A stretch of DNA of 64,000 nt, from NCBI GenBank assembly GCA_963662315.1, contig OY759353.1, positions 2,688,001 through 2,752,000 on the forward strand, written 5' to 3'. How positions within the stretch are numbered: position 1 is the first letter of the stretch; each line of letters opens with the position of its first letter. Position numbers and translations under genes: made by a program. Below the pieces are notes generated by a model. It was not told where the DNA came from. It did no database searches and worked only from the letters and a program-made list of their open reading frames with translations. Shown piece by piece: positions 20,880 through 29,141 of this stretch. The stretch comes from Geopsychrobacteraceae bacterium. GTDB taxonomy: Bacteria > Desulfobacterota > Desulfuromonadia > Desulfuromonadales > Geopsychrobacteraceae.

Positions 20880-21533
20880 ATGGGATACCTACGGACCATA
20901 CGTTCAGCACTGATTGCTGCCAGCTACAACCTGGTCATGAACGGGACCGAACGCCGTTGTCTGAGCGACTGGCGGCGCGAACTCCTCACTTTTGCTTGCG
21001 GAGAAGTTCTGGAAATAGGCGCCGGAACAGGACTGAACATCCCCTATTACGCGCCAGCTGTTACCAGCCTAACCTTAAGCGAACCCGACCATCACATGCG
21101 CAAAAAGCTCAATAACACTGTCATGCAACAAAACCGCCGAGTTCAGATCAGAGACTGGACTGCTGAGCACGTCATTATGCCCGACAATTTTTACGATACC
21201 ATCGTCTCAACCCTTGTTCTTTGCTCGGTAGGCTGTCAGGCGCATAGCCTTGGAGAAATAAAGCGTCTGCTTAAGCCAGGAGGTCAATTGATCTTCATGG
21301 AGCATATCCGCTCCGACAATCCCAGAGTTATGCACTGGCAGAAACGACTTGAACCGACATGGAGACTCTGTGCTGGAAATTGTCGCCTGACCAGAGACAC
21401 CCTAACCGCCATAAAAGTTGCTGGGCTGAGCATTGAAGCTGTCACTGAAGCGCCCATGCTGGGCACTCCTGCCTTTGTCAGCCGCACCATTCGTGGCATC
21501 GCCCGTAAACCATTTTCCACAACTGAGTCTTAA
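20880..21533 (+). CDS. Class I SAM-dependent methyltransferase
   Basis: VLEIGAGTG, DTIVSTLVLCSV, LKPGG. Confidence 0.9.
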   Translation: MGYLRTIRSALIAASYNLVMNGTERRCLSDWRRELLTFACGEVLEIGAGTGLNIPYYAPAVTSLTLSEPDHHMRKKLNNTVMQQNRRVQIRDWTAEHVIMPDNFYDTIVSTLVLCSVGCQAHSLGEIKRLLKPGGQLIFMEHIRSDNPRVMHWQKRLEPTWRLCAGNCRLTRDTLTAIKVAGLSIEAVTEAPMLGTPAFVSRTIRGIARKPFSTTES

Positions 21534-21534
21534 C

Positions 21535-21936
21535 ATGATCGATCTGACAACCCCGGCCTTACTGTTTCCAGCCATATCCCTGCTATTACTGGCCTATACC
21601 AACCGTTTCCTGGTCCTCGCCCAACTGATTCGCCAACTACACAGCCAGCGAGACGATATCTCCCGCACCAAGCTGCGCCAGATCAGTAACCTGCGTCTGC
21701 GCTTGATCCTGGTCAAAGCCATGCAGGGACTCGGAGTTCTGAGTTTCCTCCTCTGCGTTCTGACCATGCTGCTGATTTTTATCAAACTGGCAATCTACGC
21801 CGAATGGATTTTTGCCATCAGCATTTGCTTGTTGGCACTATCTCTACTGTGCTCTTTGCTTGAGATTGCTATCAGCACCAAGGCGATTGAGATTGAGTTG
21901 GAGGATCTGGAGAGTTTGGCGGAGGGGAACGATTAG
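21535..21936 (+). CDS. DUF2721-like membrane protein
   Basis: MIDLTTPALLFPAISLLLLAYTNRF N-terminus and about 3 TM segments; ATG 1 nt after the upstream stop. Confidence 0.75.
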   Translation: MIDLTTPALLFPAISLLLLAYTNRFLVLAQLIRQLHSQRDDISRTKLRQISNLRLRLILVKAMQGLGVLSFLLCVLTMLLIFIKLAIYAEWIFAISICLLALSLLCSLLEIAISTKAIEIELEDLESLAEGND

Positions 21937-21964
21937 GATTGAAGTTAAAGGAAAAACCATAAAA

Positions 21965-22406
21965 CCGGCGGGTCCCGGCCCGCCAGCCGGGTTCATTTTT
22001 CCCAAGCGATGGAAAAATGAACCAAAAAGATCGCTTGAAAGTCAAACACACTGACGATACCCGTAGCGCACTACCTTTTGCTGATACCAATAATCGCCCA
22101 ACAAGCAGCCCTTGATGCTTCGCATCAAACGGGCAAAAGCAAAGACTGCGATATAAGAGCAGCCATCGCCACATGCCCCACCCTCAGCTTTTGTCTGTTC
22201 CAAGCAATCAAAATGCCAACGGCATTTTTGCGGTGGTGGCCATGGATCATGGGTTTTATGATCGTTGGCCGGTCAGTTAGTTACTGACAGCACCCTGAAA
22301 AGAACGACGCCCTGACACGGACACATTAAAAAGGGCCTTTTTTGCATACTTTTTTGTGGCCTGATTGTGACAAAAAGTATGGCGCCGGCGGGGGCGCGAC
22401 CCCGCG
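21965..22406. repeat. About 440-bp intergenic element bounded by two inward-facing double-hairpin modules (REP/MITE-like)
   Basis: Left module 21967-22037 and right module 22334-22405 share the architecture GC hairpin, A/T-stem hairpin, CAAAA(A)G, loop-complementary segment, in opposite orientations. Confidence 0.6.
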
Positions 22407-22624
22407 AATTTAATTTCTACTATTCTGCAATGAACTTCTAAGCTCTACTATTTTCACCTATCTTTTTTAAATCAATTAGCCATGCTGCTAATAAAAAAAT
22501 AAGAAGAGCATAATAGTCATATTTCGTTCTATAAATTTCATAGGTAAATCCAACCACAGATATAACCTTTACAAATATCCACAAAACCATTTTAACCACA
22601 TTCATTTCCCACCACATAATTCAC

Positions 22625-22659
22625 AAAAGGGGGCAGATCCGAATAAACCTGTCCCCTTG
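22625..22659 (-). terminator. Probable terminator after the DUF945 gene
   Basis: aagggggcag...ctgtcccctt inverted repeat with a T-tract on the minus strand. Confidence 0.55.
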
Positions 22660-22682
22660 CATACAACAATGATTTCGGTCAG

Positions 22683-24023
22683 CTACAAGTTTTCAAACAA
22701 GAACTCCTTACCATTAAGAAGCAGCTTGTCGTCCTTGATTTGGGCATGATGGACCAGCTGCTCCCCATCAGCCTCAAATACGCCACTTTGCATAGCGGGC
22801 ATAAATGGGTTAACAAGTTGCTCCTGAGCAGGTACCAGCTCCTTGGCAACACGCGCATTCGATTCAAAAGAAAAAATATCAACCACAGCTTGAGGCTGCT
22901 GCAGCAGAACCATAAAACCTGCGAAGCTCATATCTTTTTTTAGCCCGATGGCCAGATCGCCTGTAACTTTGCCTTCTGGCAACACCACCTGCACATCACT
23001 GATTTTGATTTCGAGGTCTTTTTTGAGCAGTTTTTCAAACTCGGAAGCCAAGCGCATTCGTGCAGACTCCAGTTTCTGCATGAGCAGCATTTGCGCCTGT
23101 TGCGGATCATGCTGCACCGCGCCCATATCTTCCATAGCAGCAGCCAGAAGTTCACTATAAACCTGATAAAAATCATTCACCCCTGTCGCATCAAGATTAT
23201 TGACAGCAAAACCAAGGTGGGCATCTTTGACATCATTTTTATCAGCAACAATATGGTCGGCGCGGTAATTTGTGGCGATGGACAAACGGTCTTGCGCAGC
23301 GTCGTAGTCAACATTTGAAGAAACTTTAACACCGTCGAAAGACACGCGTTTGTCATTATCAGGGTTGTTGATGGAGATACTATCCATTGAAAACAGGCCC
23401 GTTCCCGCCATAATCATTCCTGAAATTGCAGTGGTATCTGATTCCAAAGCAATTCCTTCGACATTCAAAATGTCAGCCATGGCAAATCCAGCAAAATTTG
23501 CGGAGGTCTTGATTTTTTTGAGGGATGAATCGGTGTTGCAGGTCAACTGGCCAGCTTTAACTTGCAAAATAACCCCATCTTCAATAGGGAGGTCAAAAGC
23601 TTCCGTGACAAACCTTCCGGTTGCTCCGCTAAATAATGAATACTCGCCAGTAAACGCAAACGGGTCGTTACCGGCAAGTTTTTCGTTGATGAAGTCATTA
23701 TACCAGCTGTTTTTCGTCAAACTGGCTTGGGTGGTAACACCAGTTAAACCATGCTGAGCAGTTTCGGAAATGACAATCGGGCCCATCTCGGCAAAAACTT
23801 CATAGTCTGGCAGGGTAATAGCCCACTCTATTTGAGAAGAGAGATAGCCGCGTTGGTAACTGGCGATCTCCACCTTAGGATAAAACGGCTGATTGCCATA
23901 GCGCTGAGCGTAACTTTCCTTTTGCCCGGCCAGCATTTTTTCCATCATTAGGCCAGAAACAAAAGGTGCGGCGGCAATAACGATTGCAACAATAACCACG
24001 ATCCCAACAATTAGTTTTTTCAA
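22683..24023 (-). CDS. YdgA/DUF945-family exported protein
   Basis: N-terminal anchor, YQRGYLSS, HG motif and C-terminal LLLNGK; 446 aa. Confidence 0.8.
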   Translation of the reverse strand: MKKLIVGIVVIVAIVIAAAPFVSGLMMEKMLAGQKESYAQRYGNQPFYPKVEIASYQRGYLSSQIEWAITLPDYEVFAEMGPIVISETAQHGLTGVTTQASLTKNSWYNDFINEKLAGNDPFAFTGEYSLFSGATGRFVTEAFDLPIEDGVILQVKAGQLTCNTDSSLKKIKTSANFAGFAMADILNVEGIALESDTTAISGMIMAGTGLFSMDSISINNPDNDKRVSFDGVKVSSNVDYDAAQDRLSIATNYRADHIVADKNDVKDAHLGFAVNNLDATGVNDFYQVYSELLAAAMEDMGAVQHDPQQAQMLLMQKLESARMRLASEFEKLLKKDLEIKISDVQVVLPEGKVTGDLAIGLKKDMSFAGFMVLLQQPQAVVDIFSFESNARVAKELVPAQEQLVNPFMPAMQSGVFEADGEQLVHHAQIKDDKLLLNGKEFLFENL

Positions 24024-24380
24024 AATACCCTCCTGAGATTATTTTTTTCCGGTCTTAGGACCTGACCGACACATAAATAATGAACTTATAGTTTCCTCTC
24101 GTCTAAATCCATCTTTATTTACCGTAAATCTCATACCCCCCTCGTCATACTTGGACCAGGTCAAGGACTTATGGATTTTACACTTTGATGCTTCAAGAAT
24201 ACGCTATCGCCGAACAGGCCACTTATTGCCGGATAGCCCCAACTAATTTTTTTGTCGAACAGAGTCTGATCATCCATGACAAGCGCAGTATCGATTTGAC
24301 TTAAGGCAGAGACGTGGCTGTTTTCGTAAAGAAATCAGCAATGATATGATGCTATTCCGAGGGTCAGGACTACCACCGGT

Positions 24381-24417
24381 GTCGTTATTGAGGGCAGACC
24401 CTGCCCTCAATAACGAC
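24381..24417. terminator. Perfect 17-bp-stem hairpin downstream of the radical SAM gene
   Basis: gtcgttattgagggcag-acc-ctgccctcaataacgac; no clear U-tract. Confidence 0.55.
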
Positions 24418-24496
24418 TGATTATAACTGCAAATCTCAGGCGACAATTCTCATTTACTGGGCATTGTCATTATTCTATTTAGGTGAACAGATCTTT

Positions 24497-25543
24497 TTAA
24501 ACAGCACTCTGCGGTTCCTGTCCCTGAAAACGCAGTGCTTCGAGCATACCCCGCTGAAAAAAGAGCGACTGGGCTTTTTCTGTTGCATGTCTGGCCAACA
24601 CTTCACGCACATCGGCCCGGGTCAGAAGTTCATCACACAGATGACAATGGTTGACATAACGATTCTTAAATGTGAGTTCAGGTGCCTTCTGTTTGACAAA
24701 ATTCAAGATCCCGTAAGGTCCTTCAAGAGCCAGCCAGTTAGCCATCAAATCATTATTCCCTTCGCAAATTATTGCGGCCAGACTCTGATCTTCAAGATTT
24801 CCTATACTCAATTCCGGGACGCGCTGATCTATCATTCCACAACAGATACGCAGATCTTTTTGCGGAGATATAATAATAGAGCTGAGTACCCCACTGCAGG
24901 GAACCTGCCAGGCCGTGGAGTTTTCCGGGTAAACGATATAGTCGCTATGATCAAGGTCTTTGGCATGCAAACCGATCGGCACCGTGTAGCCGCTACTGTA
25001 CATATCTTCATGAGGGTTCGGCTCCTCCTCGTTGAACTGGTGCAGCTCGACTCCAAGATAATCCGACAGATAATCCGGTGTGATGCGGTTGTTTTTAACC
25101 CGCTTGTGCGCCAGAAGAACCGGCAACTCAAGCTTTCGGGCTGCGTGATAAGCGTGCTTGATATTAGCCAGGGGAATCATTTCTTGGTGCAGATCATCAC
25201 AGCTGAAGTTGATCTCATTAAGACCACTGTCTTTAAGCTCACCCAGCCACTCTTCGGCCCTGGTCGCACTGATCGCCCAGAACGCATTACTGACAATCCG
25301 TGTCCACAACCCCTTACTGCGTGCAAACCTCAAGGCTTCCAGCACCTCGGTTTTTTTCATCAGCGCTTCGCCGCCGGTGAATACGACCGCTTTTAATGCG
25401 CCAAGTTCCGCAGCTTCGGTCATAATCCTACGCATAAAATTTGCGGAAAGATAGGGCCCATTCCAAGGGCCCGATTCCGTTACGCAGAATTTACAACTCA
25501 CCGGACAATCATAGGTGACGGAAAATACAATTTTAGAAATCAT
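24497..25543 (-). CDS. Radical SAM/Twitch enzyme resembling the YydG (EpeE) peptide-epimerase family
   Basis: CPVSCKFC, FTGGE, SNAFW, SCDDLH, PC...RICC, LEGP and HCHLC in the same order as YydG motifs as I recall them. Confidence 0.8.
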   Translation of the reverse strand: MISKIVFSVTYDCPVSCKFCVTESGPWNGPYLSANFMRRIMTEAAELGALKAVVFTGGEALMKKTEVLEALRFARSKGLWTRIVSNAFWAISATRAEEWLGELKDSGLNEINFSCDDLHQEMIPLANIKHAYHAARKLELPVLLAHKRVKNNRITPDYLSDYLGVELHQFNEEEPNPHEDMYSSGYTVPIGLHAKDLDHSDYIVYPENSTAWQVPCSGVLSSIIISPQKDLRICCGMIDQRVPELSIGNLEDQSLAAIICEGNNDLMANWLALEGPYGILNFVKQKAPELTFKNRYVNHCHLCDELLTRADVREVLARHATEKAQSLFFQRGMLEALRFQGQEPQSAV

Positions 25544-25556
25544 TGTCCGCCCTCTC

Positions 25557-26156
25557 CTAGTAATCTCCCAATTCCTTCAATTGCCGGTCAATACGAGCCA
25601 TCAGATCGCCGAGAGTTAAGGCATCGAGTAGCGGGGTGCGAATAAACTGATCTTTCACCAGATCGTTCCCATCGAAGCTTGTTGAGTAGTGATGGCTTGT
25701 GCGGGTATGAGGCATTGAATTTTCTTCAAAATCGGTATTGATGCCACGATGGCTTTGCGATTTTTGTTCAGAGTAAAAAATATCAAATTGGACATTGATG
25801 CGCTGAGCCTGTTCAACTTTAACCGATGACTTGATTTCGGGAACAAACTGCGCACTAATGTCCTGATAACGCCCGGCGGCGACCTTAATGCCAAAAATCT
25901 GCTCAAAACGGGCGGCATTCACCTTGTTCTCTTTAACATAGGCATGAGCCCGCATCAGAATGAAACGCAGTTGCATCAAAGCTTCGTCACTGACATCGTC
26001 ATTGGTAATAACACCATGGTTTTTCAACGTCATTTCAGTATTTTCCATGACCAGAGCAAAAGTGTCATCATCGAAAATAGCTTTACGTAAAAACTGGTTG
26101 AAAGCGTGTGACGGAAGGGTAATACGATGGGTGATACGTTGGGCAACTTTAGTCAT
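25557..26156 (-). CDS. Hypothetical 199-aa protein; candidate substrate/precursor of the adjacent radical SAM enzyme
   Basis: Strong RBS (GAGGAGAGG); 13 bp upstream of the rSAM gene; N-terminal FLRKAIFDDDTFALVMENTEMTLKNHG resembles NHLP-type leaders; polar repetitive middle. Confidence 0.7.
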   Translation of the reverse strand: MTKVAQRITHRITLPSHAFNQFLRKAIFDDDTFALVMENTEMTLKNHGVITNDDVSDEALMQLRFILMRAHAYVKENKVNAARFEQIFGIKVAAGRYQDISAQFVPEIKSSVKVEQAQRINVQFDIFYSEQKSQSHRGINTDFEENSMPHTRTSHHYSTSFDGNDLVKDQFIRTPLLDALTLGDLMARIDRQLKELGDY

Positions 26157-26640
26157 TTGACCTCTCCTCTAGCTGGGTTGATTTGTGTCTCAGAGCACAT
26201 CTCTGACACAAAAACAAATTCCGTAAAACATAGGAAAGGACCCCCCTCCCCTATGGGATTAATCACCATAAAAAGTCAATATTTATACAATTTTAATGGA
26301 TAAGCATAGCAGGTTTTTCTTCTTTGACAAGCTGTCGAATTTTTATTATTCCCCATACTTTAAGTAAATATTTCTTGTATTTCTCAAGATCCGGAAATGG
26401 TCATTCATAATGACTTTTCAAGTATGTTTTCATAGTATGGCCACCGCCAAGGCTGCCGCAAACACCAGATTCGCCTGTGAATCCTGCGCCCCGAATATTG
26501 ATACTGATCTATCCTATTGCCCCTGAGTTTATCGCTATTTGAACTTCGGACAAGCCGTCCACCTGATTGACCAGAGCTCTTATGTTATATTTGCATTGGC
26601 AGCACCGTTTGAAGGTCCTCTCTATCCCCACGGACAGCAC

Positions 26641-27444
26641 ATGCGTACATATTTTATCCATGCGTTATCGTTATTAACCTTGTCACTAGGAGGCTGCCTC
26701 CAAAGTGTCCCTCCTGACCAATACCTCACCCAACAATTTGTCCAGCAGGCTGAAAATAGTATCCTTCAATTCAATACTGCCAAAGGTAAGCAGACGGCCT
26801 ACTATCTGGCCCCGCTAGTAAATCCCTCATCGCCACCAAAAACACTCGTCATTGCCTACCCGGGCATTAACAGCCTAGCCTTAAGCTGGCTTGATGTCAT
26901 TGATTCTACGGCCTGCCCCAATACCGGGTATCTGCTTATTGAATATCCAGGGCGTGGCCAGTCCGAGGGGTTCATGCGGCCGGAAGAATTATATGTGAAT
27001 AGTGAAAGCGCGTTACAGGAACTGGCCACTCACTTTAACCAGACTCAACTGAGCGGCGACATCCGCTTGTTGAGTCATTCCTTTGGCAGTGGCGCCGCAT
27101 TACAGTTTGCTGCCAGATACCAACAGATTAAAGAAATTGTCCTGGTGGCACCCTACGATGATCTCAAACATGCTGTACAACAGAAATCCTGGCTGCTATC
27201 CGTTATCATGCCCAGTCAGATCGATAACCGGATTCTTATCAGACAGCTATTGGATCAACCGGCTCCCCCCAAAATATCCATCATCCACGGTGGCCGGGAT
27301 CAAAACCTTCCCCTGTCCATGAGTCAGGAGCTCCAGCGGATTGCTCCCAACCAAATTAGACTGATTATTTTTCCCGAAGACGGGCATACGGATATTTTGC
27401 GTTTACGCCGCGACGTTATACTGAGGGAGGTTAACCGAGAATAG
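26641..27444 (+). CDS. Alpha/beta-hydrolase lipoprotein
   Basis: Lipobox LGGC, EYPGRGQS, nucleophile elbow SHSFG, HGGRD and GH catalytic motifs. Confidence 0.82.
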   Translation: MRTYFIHALSLLTLSLGGCLQSVPPDQYLTQQFVQQAENSILQFNTAKGKQTAYYLAPLVNPSSPPKTLVIAYPGINSLALSWLDVIDSTACPNTGYLLIEYPGRGQSEGFMRPEELYVNSESALQELATHFNQTQLSGDIRLLSHSFGSGAALQFAARYQQIKEIVLVAPYDDLKHAVQQKSWLLSVIMPSQIDNRILIRQLLDQPAPPKISIIHGGRDQNLPLSMSQELQRIAPNQIRLIIFPEDGHTDILRLRRDVILREVNRE

Positions 27445-27445
27445 A

Positions 27446-27557
27446 CAAAAAAAAGTCCGTGGCCAGGAGGGGACCACGGACAAAAAGTTTTGAGAGGTTT
27501 CTCGAAAGATATCTACTAGGTTATAGCCGTTCCGCCTGCCACAACAAAACGTCTATG
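27446..27557 (-). ncRNA. Candidate ~110-nt sRNA with a CCCCUCCU terminator loop
   Basis: Lies between a near-consensus sigma70 promoter and a GTCCGTGG/CCACGGAC terminator plus T8; no ORF. Confidence 0.55.
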
Positions 27558-27562
27558 GCTTA

Positions 27563-27591
27563 TTTATAACCAAGAAGGTAATCTTTGTCAA
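27563..27591 (-). promoter_or_regulatory. Sigma70 promoter TTGACA-17-TATAAA
   Basis: Reverse complement reads TTGACA aagattaccttcttggt TATAAA. Confidence 0.7.
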
Positions 27592-27684
27592 TAATAATTT
27601 TGAAAATCTTTTTCATTTTATTTCAGAAACGCTCATTCAGCCCTTTTCAACCAGGTCCAAATTATCAGCCTCCAACTAAATCAA

Positions 27685-28434
27685 TCATTTGTTTATGAGA
27701 AGCAGACGTTCAAGTGCCCCCGACTGACGCTCAGACATATTGGTGAAGAGAACCCCGATTCCGGGCAGACCAATACTATTGACATCCCATTTTCTCACCC
27801 AGCGGACCTCACTCCGAACAGATTTCATCTCACCTAAAACCGGCATTGATAAATTGACGATATCGCCCACAGAATAATCGCCGTTGGTAAGAATATAAGC
27901 TCCCCCCATGGAGACATTGAGGGTGACCACCTGTTCATGACTGACATTGATCCTGCTTGCCAGAATTGAAGATTGCATGACCTTGGATAATGTCACGTTC
28001 AGATGAAGTTCATAACGCGGCGGCAGACGAACAGTCTGCGGCTGCCTGAAATTTTGACACGAGGAAACAAATACTTGAAAGGAAAAGGTTTCTGAACACG
28101 CCGGGAGAGAACAACTTAAACTGCCGCTGGATGTTTTTCGAACTAAACACACAGGATAGTTTCGCGCTATCGCATTGATTATATTTTTGTCTTCTGCCTT
28201 CAGAACAGAAAATGTCCCCAGGTCGATGACCATGCCATGATATTCACACTGAACAGTCCCACATAGTTGCTTGAAACTGTGCAATGAACTGACAACATCG
28301 AGCTCGACCTGAGCGTCACCTTTTAATAAGGCCGTTAATTCATCTGTCGCATTGGAAGCTGATAATGTTAAAAGTTTCACTCGACCGACAGTATCGAGCG
28401 GTATCGTCCCTATTTCATTTGAAAAAATCGCCAT
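27685..28434 (-). CDS. PilZ-domain (c-di-GMP-binding) protein
   Basis: RLPPR (RxxxR) and NVSMGG ([D/N]xSxxG) motifs, then EVRWV...GIGVLF. Confidence 0.8.
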   Translation of the reverse strand: MAIFSNEIGTIPLDTVGRVKLLTLSASNATDELTALLKGDAQVELDVVSSLHSFKQLCGTVQCEYHGMVIDLGTFSVLKAEDKNIINAIARNYPVCLVRKTSSGSLSCSLPACSETFSFQVFVSSCQNFRQPQTVRLPPRYELHLNVTLSKVMQSSILASRINVSHEQVVTLNVSMGGAYILTNGDYSVGDIVNLSMPVLGEMKSVRSEVRWVRKWDVNSIGLPGIGVLFTNMSERQSGALERLLLINK

Positions 28435-28590
28435 ACCCCATCCCCCCGTTTATGATTCTAAACTTAGGCTAATTGGTGTTGACAAATTTCTCAACCATTT
28501 TCATGCTTTCTATATTGTTTATCTTAAATCTTCACTGTGATGACAGTACGGAAAAGTATTTTTCCTTTCCTGTTCAAAATAAATCGCTGA

Positions 28591-29109
28591 TCAGTCAACA
28601 AGCTTGTCCAGCTCGGCCAAAATCTCTTTCTGCTCACGAATCTGCTCGTGATAATAGTTCCAGACAAAATAACTCTGCAGGCCAAGAATGGTGAGGCCAA
28701 CGACAAAAATTGCCCAGAAATTCTCACGCAGTGAATTGGTGAGATGATAAAAAGCATAAAAACCACCCAGGTAGCCAAAATGAGGCAGTGCGGTCCCCGG
28801 CTTTTTATCTCCAGACATCTGGGTCAGGAGCATTATCAGAGCAGAAAAGGCATAGACCACCAATGCCCAGTTGATCAGGTTTGGCGATGGCCCTGTCCCA
28901 AGCAGCGCGCGCATTTCAGCACTTAAGGATGGCAGGAAATCAAAATTCCGGTAGGCCCCCATACTTATAAGGGTAAACAGAGCAAGTAACCAAAGTCCAG
29001 AACTGGCTCGCAGCTCAAGTTTTTTAATCTTGCTCTGGACCTGCCTGCGCAGCGGATTGATGTCCGGAAAGATCTCTTCTTCCGGCGGCTGCCGTGTTGG
29101 ATCGTTCAT
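28591..29109 (-). CDS. Four-TM membrane protein at the end of the cytochrome/Fe-S/NrfD operon
   Basis: Hydrophobic segments; 32 bp from the upstream gene. Confidence 0.7.
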   Translation of the reverse strand: MNDPTRQPPEEEIFPDINPLRRQVQSKIKKLELRASSGLWLLALFTLISMGAYRNFDFLPSLSAEMRALLGTGPSPNLINWALVVYAFSALIMLLTQMSGDKKPGTALPHFGYLGGFYAFYHLTNSLRENFWAIFVVGLTILGLQSYFVWNYYHEQIREQKEILAELDKLVD

Positions 29110-29141
29110 CGGCCTCTCTAGCCTGTTTTCAATCTGAAAAG

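Noticed and set aside
19035..21533. ABC-2 pair and methyltransferase as part of the radical SAM cassette
   Set aside because: About 3 kb away, separated by unrelated genes and terminators; both are common stand-alone families.
21872..22287. Short ORFs inside the structured repeat element
   Set aside because: No RBS or transposase/other motifs; likely chance ORFs.
24464..25396. 310-aa plus-strand ORF overlapping the radical SAM gene
   Set aside because: Antisense shadow; TTG start, no RBS or motifs.
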